From Podarcis pityusensis (taxonomy: Eukaryota), in NCBI GenBank assembly GCA_964106645.2, contig OZ067038.1: 64,000 bases of DNA. One strand, given 5' to 3'. A program made the translations under genes and the position numbers. Numbering within the stretch: position 1 is the first letter of the stretch; each line of letters starts with the position of its first letter. This document shows positions 1 through 13,125 of the stretch, one piece after another. The notes beneath the pieces are model-generated. The model had not been told where the DNA came from. It was given only the letters and a program-made list of their open reading frames with translations, and did not search any database.

Positions 1-2091
1 TACTCTTTAAAAATAGTAAGCTTTTTGGCTCTCTAGCTTCCTTCAATGCTGCCTCTAGCCCTTGCCCTTAAAGGGAGGGTGGAGAAGCTTCTGGGTTTGG
101 CAGGAGATGGAGAGTGGGGGGAGAATTAGGATGTGGGGTGTGAGTCTGCGTGAAGTGGAAGGGTCAAAAGGATCAGCAGCAGATCACAGGACAACTTCTC
201 CCTCAGTCAGTCATTCTGTCTCCCTCCTTCCTGTTTGCTGTCTTCCTTCCCTGACACTTGTTGCCGCATCCGTTTCCTCTGCTTCTCAGATAGGCGGGTA
301 TGTCAAACTCAGTTTTCTTTCAGTTTCTTCACATTCTTAATTTCACTTCTCTACATTTCTACATCAGCTTGTAGAAAAACATTTCTTTTTTAAAAAAAAC
401 AAACCTCATTGAAATTCAGTAGCCTTTTAGTGTTCATTTATCCTAATGTATGCACTTTGATACGCAGTTTTCCTGCAAATTCCCTGAATACGTTTTTTAC
501 CATGTTCTATGATTCTATGTATGTATTCAATGCACATTTTACCATAGCATTTGCATTTTATTTTTTTTAAATCCCTCTCTCAATAGAACATACAGAGACT
601 CAGTTTTCAAATCCTAGAACTGTTCAGACAAATTAGCTATACCCAAAGTATGACATTGCTGTTATAGGCAATATAGAGATTGTGAGAGAAGAGAGAGAGG
701 AATGGAAAGGTGGAGACAATAAATTTCATTCTTTTACATTTTTGTACCCATTATTTGTCTGGAGAACTACACTGCAGAAATCGGAGAAGTGTGAATTTCA
801 GAGGCTGAAGGTTCGCATCTTGTTTTGCAAAGTGTGGATTAGGTAAATTCACCTTTAAATGTGAACTGAATACAGTTTCTCCCGCATCCCTAATTCCCAC
901 CCTGACACACTGCATGCTGCAGCTTTACTCTCTTACCAATTCATCTCCTACATATTCCTGTGCACTGTACATGCAGGGAAATGCTGCGACCCACCGCTCA
1001 ACAAGAAAGCCACGGCATGACAAGGCAGGTGGGATGCAGTGCTGAAGTGTCCTGGTGGTCTCTGGAGCACAGTTTGAGAAATGCGGCTGCACATTTTCCA
1101 GCCCCAGCACACCTGAAGGAGGGCTGTTAGCCAACTGCTCAAACTAACACATTCTCAATGTATATTGTTTATCAATTGACTAAATACATAAGCCAGATAG
1201 TGGCAATGCTAATGTTTTGTGGTTTTAAAAAAATAATAATCTTGCATTGCTGAGATTTGCTGACCATAAATTCTGTCTGTCTTGTTTTCTTTGGCGCTTT
1301 CCACTCAAAATAAATTGGCTTTGGGTGAGTTTGTGTTCCTGTTTGTTTTGGTTCTGTTTATTGGACTGGCTTAGGTTTCCAGTGTTGTTAGATTGTATTT
1401 GTGACTAATATCTTTTGAGGAACTGAATTCTTAAAAGTGATTTGGGATGTGTTAGGACTGTGCAAAACAATCTATAGGCACAAATCAGCTAATGCTAGGC
1501 ATTTTCTGGGTGCTTTTCTTTGAAATGGGAGATTTAAGCATCTGCTTTAAGCCTCTTCCAGAGAAAAGAACGTGACTGAAAGGTGCTCAGCTTCAACTGG
1601 ATTGTGCCAACCAGTCTTACTTTATTTTTTATCATGAATATGTGTCGACTTTGCTCCTGCCTGGAGAGAAAAATGCACAGAAGGGAGTGGGATATAAGAA
1701 TGCTGAAAAGAATGACATAATATGACCTCACTCTACAGCTGTCTGCCTTCCCCACCCGCTTTTGCTAAAGATTCCCCATTGAGGTTCTTAGTTGTCCAGT
1801 ACTCAAAAAATACTCCTAAAAGTAGTAATAATGCTTATGTGGATTCTCTCCTCCAGCCCACCCCCCAAATTAGCAGGAGGTTAATCTCAAAGTATTGCTG
1901 CCTGTTCCATCTCCAGCATGAACAAACCCAAACAGACGGTTAGCTAATGCTCTAATTGTGTGTGGTGGCTGAGAAGTGTTGGAGACAACATATAATTTCC
2001 AGCTTAATTGTGCTCTACCTCAAGCTGGGCTGAGAACGCAGGAATGCAAACAAGAAGTATTTAGCAGTGATGGGAAGTCTATATTTCAGGT

Positions 2092-2290
2092 GAACCTGGG
2101 CTGGCCTCTGTCTGTCTTGGGAGAAAATGGAAGGGTGCTCTATTGGGAGGTGAAGTCAAACCGTTGGAGAATTGCAGCGCCTGCTGTGGCTGTAGAGACC
2201 AATATGGGAGAGACACATTTTGTTGCAGGTGGGGCAGGTGAAGGCATCATTCCTCCTCTGGTCACTGCTGTGGATACACGACGTGGCTGA
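2092..2290 (-). mobile_element. RTE-clade LINE 3' fragment (family A)
   Basis: Minus strand encodes the C-terminal Cys/His motif CPTCNKMCLSHIGLYSHSRRC. Homologous to the copies at 9.2 kb and 42.8 kb. Confidence 0.75.
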
Positions 2291-3835
2291 TTGTCTCCAG
2301 GTGCTGGGTAACTGGCAAACTGGCCTTAGTTGTGGACTAACAGTTTTCAACCTACACTAATAATTCACAATGGCAATAACTATTTAATTCAGTGATTTTT
2401 GAACTTTTGGCCTACAAGGATCTTTTCCCACAAACACTTGCCTGTTGATGGTGATTAAATGTGTATACTGCCCTTCATCCAAAGATAATAGGGTGGTTCA
2501 CAACATAAAAGACCTGTTATGACTATTCTGGGGAGTATTATATCCAGTATGCAGACTCTGTGTAGCAAGGTCACATGCTAGACCCATTGGCTTCATTGTC
2601 GTTAATGTCTCTGCTTGAATCAAGCGCATTTTGTAACCCAGCTCTATTTATTATTTTCATCAGGTTCAGGGGAAGCAATGGATATGCAAAAGCAATGTTT
2701 TAAGTTGCTTAATTATTGGATGAAGGCCAATAAACTAAAGACGGAGGTACTGCTGGTAAGATTCCAGCTGATCTGGAAGTTAATGTTCAGCATATTGTAG
2801 ATGATACACTCGCCCTAAAAGATCAGGTTCACAGTTAGGTATGGGAAAGCACCGGCCCACCCATGAGGTGAAGCAGCTGCCTCAGGCAACAGGATCCACT
2901 GGGACAGCAAATCTGGCCTCCAAGAATGCATTGCCTGCTGCTGCTGCCATAGCAGCAGCAACAGCTACGGTGTGCTCCTTGGAGGCCAGATCTGTCCCCT
3001 CTATAGTGGCCTCATGGCAAATAGGAGGCACTGCTGATCTCCTCCCACCCTTGTTCCTGATGTAGATCTTCACTCACTCCTTCTCTGGCGGGGGGAGTAC
3101 ATGCCAACATGTATTGGGTCAGCCCTGGGTTGAGGTAGTGCTAGATCCATGCCAAAGTGGCATGAATTGGCTCTCACAGATTCAGACTGGTGCACCAACT
3201 GTGCTTCTCCTAGACACTGTTATCTGTGCTGTAGTAGCAGTCACATTAGACCACTGCCAATGCATTGTGCATAGGGCTTCCTTTAGAGAATCTCCAAAGT
3301 TCTGAACACCTACTACCTTCCCTCTTAACTACTGAACTAACCACAGTTTCCATTATGTCCAATCTCAGGGAACTGTGGTTAAATGAAGCAGGAGGGTTTG
3401 CAGATACAGTTTTCCACAGCTTCTGCTACTTGATGTGAATTGCCATCTGAATTGCTGAAATGTTAAACATGCAAAAACATGCTGTTCCTCAGAGCAATGG
3501 CACCTTTCTAGCTCACTAGGCATTAAGACATCAACTTCTCCTGCCCTCTCACCTAGTGCAAGTAGCCCAGTTACAAGTGCTAAATAAAATGTTGTGTATG
3601 GTATGCGTTATGCTTAGCCATGACCCGGCTCTAAACACGGAGTCCTCAGAGAATGATCCAGACATGCCACAGGTCAAGGACCTAGAGGAGCGGGCAGGAA
3701 CTCCTGGAGCCAGTCCTGAGGATTTCCTCTTTTGGGAGGTTAGTGGAAGAATTCTTGGATCCAACAGAGGAGGTGGAGCAACCCCTCAATGCTTGAGAAT
3801 GCTGCTGTCAAAAGGCCCTGGTTGAAGCCAAAGAA

Positions 3836-4157
3836 CTCATCTCTGCTTTTCAGGCTGAGGGAGCCAGCGTTTGTCCACAGACAGCTTTACCAGGTCATGT
3901 GGCCAGCATGACTAAACCACTTCTGGTGCAACAGAACACTACGACGAAAGTCAGAGCGCACAGAAATGCTGTTTACCTTCCCGCTGCAGCGGTACCTATT
4001 TATCTACACACGCTGGTATGCTTTCAAACTTCTAGGTTGACAGGTCCTGGGACAGAAAAATGGGAGCTCACCCCGTCATGCGGATTCGAACTGCCGACCT
4101 TCCAATCAGCAAGCCCAATAAGCTCAGTGGTTTAGACCAGAGCACCACCCATGTCCC
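3836..4157 (-). mobile_element. Sauria SINE (Squam1 type)
   Basis: Reverse complement of the copy at 40529-40898, with a tRNA-like head containing A/B boxes. Confidence 0.85.
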
Positions 4158-6129
4158 ACACCTTTTACCCACTGGCAAAACAGGAGACTTCCTAATCTTA
4201 TGGGCTACTGTGTAATCATATGTGGTCAAAGGATAAAAACATGCAATTTACTGTGTACCTCTTACTGTAGGGTGAGGTATCATGTAATTTTTTAAAAAAT
4301 GTTGCACAATAAGGAGGTGGAAATTCTGAGAATAAATTGCCTGCATTTTCACATTAATGTATTTTGTTTTCACAGCAACACCAGCTGCTTGTAATGAACA
4401 GAAGGGAATCTTACAAGATGTTGGCATTGCTGAAATAGAAATAAAAAAATCATTCTCTTTCCTCCTAGAATGCTGATTTAAAGGGCAAGAAAGTGCTTGA
4501 ATGGTTGAGCTCATAGGCAATGTTGAATTATTCTAGTCTCTGAGCAAATAACATTGTGCATGGTAGAGAATACTCGATCTTGTGGTGACCAAGAAAAGTC
4601 AGTAAGTCTGTGTGCATTATGTGGTTGGCATATAAAGCGGAACATTGATTACTAGCTATAATGGGAACATTTCTGATGAAGGAGGAATACTAAACGCTTA
4701 ATAGAGTGGGGGCAAAATCCTTGCTCACACATGACAACCTAAACAGTTGAAACTACAGCCTTGACTTCAGTAACTGGATTCCAAACTTCTTACTGTAAGA
4801 TGAGCTGTGGATTGTACAGGACATTTTTTTTCTTGGTTTTCAACTGCCTTCCACCTCTAAAGTCAACTGCAGGGATAATGATTTCTTTACGAATCCTATT
4901 CTGGCATAGCTAAATGAGGGTGTATACCAGGTCTGCCCCAATGTATTTTGTCATGTGTGATGCAACTCCAATTAACATCTTGTTGTTCTAAGTTAAAATA
5001 GAAACTGAAAGTGACTTAAAAAATGTATGTGGACCACTTCACACTTGACACTTCTCCTGTGTGGAACAACACAAGAAGGAAAAAGAATGTGTGGTGCCAT
5101 CATTACCCCATTATGGTATTTGTGTTATCATCTATGTTTCATATTCCACCAAAGCACTTTATTGTACTGTATGTGGCACTCTTAACACAACTTAAACCAG
5201 CCTTGTTAGATCTTAGTAGTACCGTACTGTCTTTGTACTAGAAGGGCAGAGAGGCCACTGAGAATTGAAGAATATTTTTTATACTCTCCTCCTTGTAATA
5301 TGCTGTATGGATTATATTACGGGGGTTGTGGGTGGGGTTGTTTTTAGGATCTTAATTGTGGTTGTATATACTGTAACCTGCCATGGGACCTTCTGGTGAA
5401 GGGAGAGTAAGAAATACAATAAATAACTGTAGGAAACACTGTTGTTGCCAGAAAATTGTGTGAACATTTGTTTTTCCCTGTATCCAGATGTTTGGAAGTC
5501 ATTGCAGTTCTTAACAAACGTTTTCAGTGCGAAATTGGCTTTCATGTAGCTGTTACATACAATCATGTGCATGCTATGTCATAATCAGTTTTACTTCTTT
5601 GTCCATTTATTCATTCGACAAAAAGTATAACCCACTTTTCAACAGCCGTTCTCAAAGGCTGATTACCACTGACGAAACGACAAGAATCAGAAACACTCCA
5701 GAAATTAGAATACAGCATCAATCATGGACAGGGTCAGTCGAATTAAAACAAAGCTGACATTAAAACATCTTAGCTGTAACGATGCTTGCCTGAAGAGAAA
5801 CACTCTTATCCTTGAATGAGTCGCACCAAACTTCGTTTAAAAAATTGTTCTGGGAGGGTGAAAACGGGCTTTTCATATGGTCTTCCGTTCTGCTGGCTGG
5901 TTTCCTTGTACAGCGCTGTTTGCTGTTAGCTTTTTTGTGGCAGAGGGCAATTGATTTGCTTGGCTGGTGTGCTTCGGTGTGACACCTCCAGCATGCGGTC
6001 GGGCATCTAACGAAGGTTTCTTATTATTTCGTTCTATTTAATAATAACATCTTCGGAACACATATCTCTATTTCTAATCCCATTGGGTTTTTTATGTCAC
6101 TCTGTGAAATGTTATGTGCATTTATAATA

Positions 6130-7210
6130 TACCACCGATGACGACGCCGGGGGAGGATTGCGCGCGGTTGTTTTGCATTTTACTGTTAAAGCCTTCGATG
6201 AGAATAAAAATAGACGGTCAACCCTTCGACATCTCCGAGGCTGCACTGGGCGGGTCGAGTGAGCGAGGAAACACCCTGGGACAGCCTTGCCACACCCTCC
6301 TTCCCCGCCAGCCAATCCCGATCATCTTTTGCTCTCCCCGGCTTCGGATCCTGCCCAATGGAGGCTCTCCCCTGCGCGGGTTCCTTCCCTCGAAGGGAAG
6401 GGAGGAGAGCGCCAGGAGTGCAGCCCTCTCGCTCCAAGGGGGGATGGCAGAGCTTGGCTTCCTCCGCTTGGATCGCCTGCCGCTGAACTTTCCTGCCGGG
6501 ATTTAAATTTCCCCCATCTCCCCACCACAGCCTTTCTCCCTTTCAGCACACACACCTTTTTGCTGGAGGGAGAGAGAGAGAAAGACTGCGTGGCGCTTCC
6601 AAGGTAACCCGATCTCTTGCTGCACACCACGTTTGTATTTTCTGATCTTCTCCCGCAAACCAAACGAGGCAGGTGGAGGGCAGGGTCAGGCCAAGGAGGC
6701 AGCGACGGCCGCAGATATAGCCGGTGTGATCGCAGCCTCGCCCCGCCGTGGGAACATGTGCGCGTCGCCGCGTCCAGATCTCCGCCCGGGTTTCGCCTGG
6801 GCTCCGCGGAGCACTTTCAGCCTGCGAAACTGCACCGGCTGCTTGGCGGGGACCTGAGAGCACCACGCTTGGAGCGTGCAAATCCCTCGCAGCCAAACAA
6901 AGAAGACCGAGATACTTCGCCTGCCTCGAAAGTAGCTCGGCGAACGCCGCTGGGTAGGGCGCGGTGGAGGTGAAGGAAGGGACACTGCGTTTATAGAGGA
7001 TGTTTTTTTACGCTTGGCTTTTTTTTACCCCCCTTTTGTAAATCATTTGCTAGAAATCGGCACCGGGGAAGACCCGGTAGCCAGGGAGATCCGTGATCGC
7101 CCACGATCGGCGGTGGGAATCGCTCTTTGTATTATATAGCCTGTGACACAGGGACGCTGTTGGGTTTGTCTGTCTGTTGCTTTTAAACTCTCCTAGGGGA
7201 CGGCGCTCAG
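6130..7210 (+). promoter_or_regulatory. STON2: CpG island, probable STON2 promoter and non-coding first exon (candidate donor AAG|GTAACC, GT at 6604)
   Basis: Abrupt rise in GC and CpG density against a CpG-depleted background, about 11 kb upstream of the first coding exon. TSS and exon bounds cannot be fixed from sequence. Confidence 0.75.
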
Positions 7211-9221
7211 TCTGGAGATCGGGTGCTTTTGGAGGGGTGATCTTCCCCCTGTTTCCTCACCCAAATGTTCCCACTTTAGCTGCGCTCTGTTGCTCGCGAT
7301 TGATGGTGCCCCTTTCAGGCACTCCCCTCTCTCTTCACTCTGTACTCGAATCTGCTCGAGCACCTGCTTAAAGGGAAAGCGGTTATTTCTCTCGTTGGTC
7401 CTAGCAACCCTTTAGTGTCTCTTGTCTCTTTCCGGAATGCATTATCTTCCCAGACATTAGCACCCGCAGGGCTTCAGAAAAATGCAAGTCGATAATGTGT
7501 TGGGAGTTCCTCCCCTTCTCTTCTCAATGCATCCATTATTGACTTCTATACTTTCACATACCAGAGTTTTTAGGTGGTGTTCCTGGAGTTTAGCGAAAAG
7601 GAAACGGCAGTTATATAATGCAAGAAATTGCCTTGGTTCTATTTCGTGCTGGGAATCAGAAATATCCCATTTAGGCAAACTAAGAAGGTAGAGATGGGAT
7701 TGTGTGTGTGTGGTAAAACTGTTGTTGTCTGGATTGAAGTTGAGGAGCCATTAAGAAGAACAGGCAGATCTTACCTTTGGAGCACAATCCATCAATAGGT
7801 CATCAGTCTTTTGTACACGTCTTGTTCATGAGTTTTGCCCAAAGGAATTTCCAGGGAGCTGTGAGCCTCATGTCAGTGGGAAAGTGGGGTGCTGTGTGGA
7901 TTTCCCATCTCTGGTACTTGAATGTCTTGCAAGAGCCAGCCCTGTGGCTAGAAAGTTCTCACAGTAATGTGAATAGTATTTCTCACATTAACTTCTGAAC
8001 TAAATTAAACAGGTGCATTCCAAAGATGAATGAAAGCCTGGTATAGAAAAAGTAACAGATAAGTATCTTTCTGAGAGAAAAACGCTCAAACTCCTGCTGT
8101 GAGAAAAATAGGGGGTCTCCCAATAGCTCTCTTCACCCTTAATTAATTACAGTTCCCATGATTCTTTGGTAGAAGCCATGTCTGTATGGTGCTGCTTTCA
8201 TTTACAGTGCAGATGGAGCCTTAGACTATGAACTTACAGTAATGGTCTAGGGACAGGGGTGTTCTTTAGGTGATGGTGCATTTAGATTTGAATACTTCAC
8301 TTCAAAATGTGGTAAGCTAGCCCTGAAAAACGTGGGAGCCCCTCTTGCTCATTCTTCTGAGTAAGGCCTTGGACTTCTGCCCCAAAGCACGACCTTGACA
8401 GCACTTGTGATAGCTCAGTATTAAGCCTCCAACTGGGAGCAAACATTGGTTCAAGGCCATGCTTTAAATGTACGAATGTAAAAAGAGCCATCCTGGGTCA
8501 GACAAAAACTCCAGAATCCAGTCCCTCAAAGCTCCTCTGCAGTAACTTGGGGTCTTGACGATCCACAAGGGCCAGCCAGATGTCTCTGGGAAGCCAACAA
8601 CCAGAGCTGGAAGGCAACAGCTCCCTCTACCAGTGCCTTTGAACACCTGGTATTCAGCTCCATGTTCTTTCAACATGGAGTCTCCATATAGCCATCAGTT
8701 TGTTTGTTTGTTTGTTTGTTTGTTTGTTATATTTTTATCCTGCTTTTCAGCTAATTATTGTCCCCCCTCCCAAGTGGCTGAAATGAATTAAAAATAAACA
8801 ATACAAGCACTACCATTGTCTGGAGGTTCTGTAACTGGCCCTGGCCCTATGGTTTTGGCAGGTAAGGCAGGAGCCATGGCAAGGTGTTGGTAGGAGTAAG
8901 CTGTGCATGCCGTGCTGCCCTCTGGTCTAGGGAAGGATATTACCCTATTACCGGTGTTGAAATAAGATTCAACTGCCTGTCAGGTCAGCTTCTATGTGTG
9001 AAGTTGGGGTTGAAGTACGGGTGGCACCATGTCATCCTTCGCCTGAGGCAGCAAAGGATTTTGAGCAAGCCCAGGTCCTACTGATGGTAGCTCAAGACTC
9101 CTAAACATTCCCCCAGATTGAGACATATGGGGAAAATGCATCTCTCTAGTTCTTCAGGACCTGTCCATGCAAAGTTGGAATGTCCACTCCCCTTCTGGAA
9201 TTCGTCCCAAGTGGAAAATAA

Positions 9222-9532
9222 TAGGTTGGCATCCATCTGTCTCAGGAGACAATGGAGGAGTGACCATTGTGGGTGAAGTCAACCTGTTGGAAGGTTACAG
9301 GGCCTCCTGTGGCTGTAGAGGCCGATATGGGAGAGCCATGTTTTGTTGCAGCTGGGGCAGGTGAAGGTGTATGGTTGTGCTTCCCTCTGTGCTCCTCCCA
9401 GCAGTCATTCCTCCTCTGGTCATTGCTATATGACCTGACTGCCTCCAGACAGGGATTTCCGTATGGCGGGGTTGATGTTACCGGCCTTCATGTCACGTTT
9501 GGAGAAATCTTTGTAACAGGTCTGGTGTCTGG
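9222..9532 (-). mobile_element. RTE-clade LINE 3' fragment (family A), internally deleted
   Basis: Shares cctgtggctgtagag.ccgatatgggagag and cattcctcctctggtca with the 2.1 kb and 42.8 kb copies. Confidence 0.75.
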
Positions 9533-10314
9533 TTAAATAAGGAAAATAAAATTACTGCATATCTTGCTTGCATCATAGGTCTGTCTTGTTAACCTCTGAA
9601 TATCAGTCAGCCATCTATCCCTGGCAATGGCGGTTTTAGGGGAGCACAGGAAAGAGGGGTCTCCTCCAAAATGCTGACAGCTCCTTCAGTCAGGGTCTGC
9701 AGTTCACACAGGAGAGCAGCTCTTCAGACAAAAATGTTTTCAGTAGGGTAGGAGAAGGCTGCTCTTCACGAGGCATCGCCTTAGCATTCTCAAGGGAAGG
9801 AAAACAACTTCACAGCCCTGCCTCTTAGCTGTCTTCACCAGCCCTCTCACAGCTGCCCACTTCTCCACCAAAAGGGAGCAGCCTGGGCTTACCCTCTGTT
9901 ATTGCTAGACAAAACATCTCACAAAGACTCTCCATGCAACATTCCCCCACCACCCCAGATGGCATCATTCTTGGGCCAATAGGTGCTTTGCACATGTGTA
10001 AACTTTTAAAAAAATCACTTTCAAAAAGGATCCCTTGGCCACAAAATAGTACTTTGAAGGATACATGTGGGGATTTGGTTAGTTCTGTAGGCGCATCACC
10101 TTCAGTTGTGCAAGATTCGTATATATCTTTCGTCAATGTAGTGGTTCTGTTGCAAAGAGATTAACCTTTTGAAAGCCCTCAAAATAGCAATATTGTGTCA
10201 CTTTCAGAAATTCAGCCCTTCGTCCTACTGGAACAGCTTGGGGATTTAAACCATTTGTTAATGATTGGGTAGGGATGTTACACCGCACCTCAAGAGTGCA
10301 AAAAACCCCTGACA

Positions 10315-11248
10315 AATGGGGTGTTGCAGCGTTCTTTTCTTGACCTGTTGTTGTTCAATGTTCCAAACAACTTGGAGGAAAGAATTGAGGGGGTGCTCAT
10401 CAGATTTGCAGATGGCACCAAACTGGGAGGGGTAGCTAATCCCACAGAAGACAGAATTGGGATTCAAGATGACCTTAATGGATTGGAGAACTGGGCCCAA
10501 ACTAACAAAATGAATTTCAGTAGGGACAAAGGTTCTGCACTTAGGCAGGAAGAACCAGATGCACAAATATAAGTTGAGACACCTGGATTGCCAGTAGTAC
10601 ATGTGAAAAGGTTCTAGGAGTCTTAGTAGACCACAAGCCGAACATGTGTCATCAGTGTGATGCATCAGCACAAAAAGCTAATGCTATTCTAGACTGCAAC
10701 AACAGAAGATTTGTGTCCAGATCAAAGGAAGTCATAGTACCATTATATTCTGCTTTGGTCAGACCACACCTGGAACACTGTCCAGTTCTGGGTGCCACAA
10801 TTTAAGAAGGATATTGACAAGCTGGAACATGTGCAGAGGAGGGCAACCAATATGATCAAGGGTCTGGAAACCAAGCCTTGTGAGGAACAGTTGAGGGAGT
10901 TGGGTATGCTTAGACTGGAGAAGCGGCTGAGAGGAGCTATTTAAAGGGCTTTCACATGGAAGATGTAGCAAGCTTGTTTTCTCCCTCTCTGGAGGATAGG
11001 ACCTGAACCAATGGATTTAAGTTACAAGACAGGAGAAACTGACAAAACATCAGGAAGAACTTTCTGACAGTATGAGCTGTTTGACAGTGGAACAGACTCC
11101 CTTGGGAGGTTGTAGACTCTCCTTCCTTGGAGGTTTTTAAGCAGAGGTTGAATGGCCATCTGTCATGGATGCTTTAGCTGAGATTCCTGCATTGCAGGGG
11201 TTTGGACTAGATGACCGTTCGGGTCCCTTCTACAATTCTGTGATTCTA
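10315..11248 (+). mobile_element. CR1 LINE 3' portion (decayed RT domain plus 3'UTR)
   Basis: Translation LFNV.NNL...LIRFADGTKLGG...IQDDLN.LE.WA..NKM.F. Ends in the CR1 terminal repeat ATTCTGTGATTCTA. Confidence 0.92.
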
Positions 11249-13035
11249 AGAGTAGGTACGGTCATCTGTTGCCACCTGAGAGCTTTGACTTGCTGCATAT
11301 ATTTATGTTGTTGTTCCCAATTTTTACCCAACAAAGAGAGAATTTTAGATCAAGGACTGTGAGAAATGAATTGGTTATGTAACAGTGAACTAGTCCCCCC
11401 CCCCTTGACAGACTGTCTAGTACAAAGGCTCCCACCCACCTGCCACAGGTGAGGTTTTCTCCCTGGCTGCAGAAGACTTTGAGAAATGCAGTTTTGCACA
11501 TACATATTTTATAACCACCAAATTTACAGAGGCTCCCTTCCATTTGCTTTGTCAAAATGTTCCGTGTGGGAAGCATCACATTCTTTCGTGTTTACTACTC
11601 GAACTGACTTTTTCTGCTTGCAGTCTTTTCTGCTCAGTCCTAGTGTGAAGAAAGTAATTTTGCATGAATTGTAAATGAAATAAGAAAATGCCCACAAGCA
11701 CTGCCAGGGAAGAGCAGGGAGAGGGAGACTGAGACCGACCATTAGTGAGGAAGGATATGCCTCTAGAATAACCACACCTACCATTTTCTATGCATTTTTA
11801 ATCCATCATGTCCATTATCCCTCCAAGCTTACTAATTGTTGCAAATTAATAACACCAGTGCAGGAATGTATATTGGTATCTGACTTCATCATCTGGAGAT
11901 ATCACTGTGTAGCACTGGTATTTGCAATATCAGACCAAGTGCCAGTGACTGGTCACGTTGGGCAGTGGCAGAGGCTGAGAAGGACCTCTCACCAGTCCAT
12001 CCCAATGGGCCCCAGGACTACCATCTTAGCAGTAGATTAGCAGCCATTTTTGAATGGGAGTGAAGCTTCCATCCACAATGGCTTCCCACTATCTTAATTT
12101 GCTTCTACCCATGGATCTATAAATTTATAAAATCTAGAGATTTTGTCAGTGCTATTTTCCAGAAAAAGAGATGCCATGAACACCTCCCTTGTTTTCTTAG
12201 AACAGTAATGGCACCCACCTGAGAGATGACAGAATTGAGTTCCGGCAAGTTCCAGCTGAAAGAAAGCCCTGGTTTTCATGGATATATAGGCCAGCATTGC
12301 TGCCCACTACTAAAATGCCTTCAGGGGATCTGGCTGTTGGCGTGCAACCAAGGAAACGGGGGCAGTTGGCAGGTCCCCAGCTGCTTCCAGCCCACCGGCC
12401 AGTGTGCTGGGCGATCTCCAGTCCTTGGTGCAGCATCTGCAACCCAAGCTTCAGAAGCTAGGGCATGCTACACAGCAGAGTAAACGCTACGCAACAGAAG
12501 TGGTAGGAGAAGTTGTGTGAGCATATTTACAAGCAGTTTATTCAGCATACATCAGGACAAAAGGAAACATGTCTGATCTCCTTCATGTCCAAAGCAAGGC
12601 AGCAAAAGCAAAAGCTGTACACAAACAGAAGTTCCCAGCAAGCTGTGCTGGAGTGTAAACAGACATGTGACATACAACAATTCCACACGTCTGTTCTTAA
12701 GGTGGAATGGAATATCCCAACACTGGCAGGGAGTGGTGTTGCTGCTCTTGCAACAACAGGAGAAAATACTGTGTGACCTGTGACGGGGGGCAGTATTGAT
12801 GAAGTATTGCTTCAAGCCTTCAAACGATCTTCAGGAATGAGGAATATCACAGTCCAGTGTGTTATCTCGTTGAGCAGGGCAGTAGGAAAGAGAACACAGT
12901 TTTCCCCAAAGCAGAGCTGGATCTGCCAAGTGTGTAAGGGAAATAGGAATATATCTCAGTTCTTATTTCATGTGGTAGAGTGGCCTATTCCTGTATTCTA
13001 CCATGTGCATAACCTATGTGCCCTGGCCCTGTTTG

Positions 13036-13125
13036 CATAGCTGTCAACATTTCCCTTTTCTTGTGAGGAATCCTATTCGGAATAAGGGAATTTCCCTTAA
13101 AAAAAGGAAAATGTTGACAGCTATG
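13036..13125. mobile_element. 90-bp hAT-type MITE
   Basis: TIRs CATAGCTGTCAACATTT / AAATGTTGACAGCTATG. Perfect 8-bp TSD CCTGTTTG at 13028-13035 and 13126-13133. Confidence 0.85.

Noticed and set aside
2156-2350. Zinc-finger-like peptides (also 42890-43171 and about 45105-45175)
   Set aside because: C-terminal Cys/His motif of RTE LINE fragments, not host genes.
1-6100. Possible 3' end of the upstream neighbour gene (SEL1L in human synteny, from memory)
   Set aside because: No recognisable coding exon, and UTR identity cannot be established by eye.
6112-6985. Ten or so overlapping ORFs on both strands
   Set aside because: Expected from stop-codon scarcity in a GC-rich CpG island. No recognisable protein.
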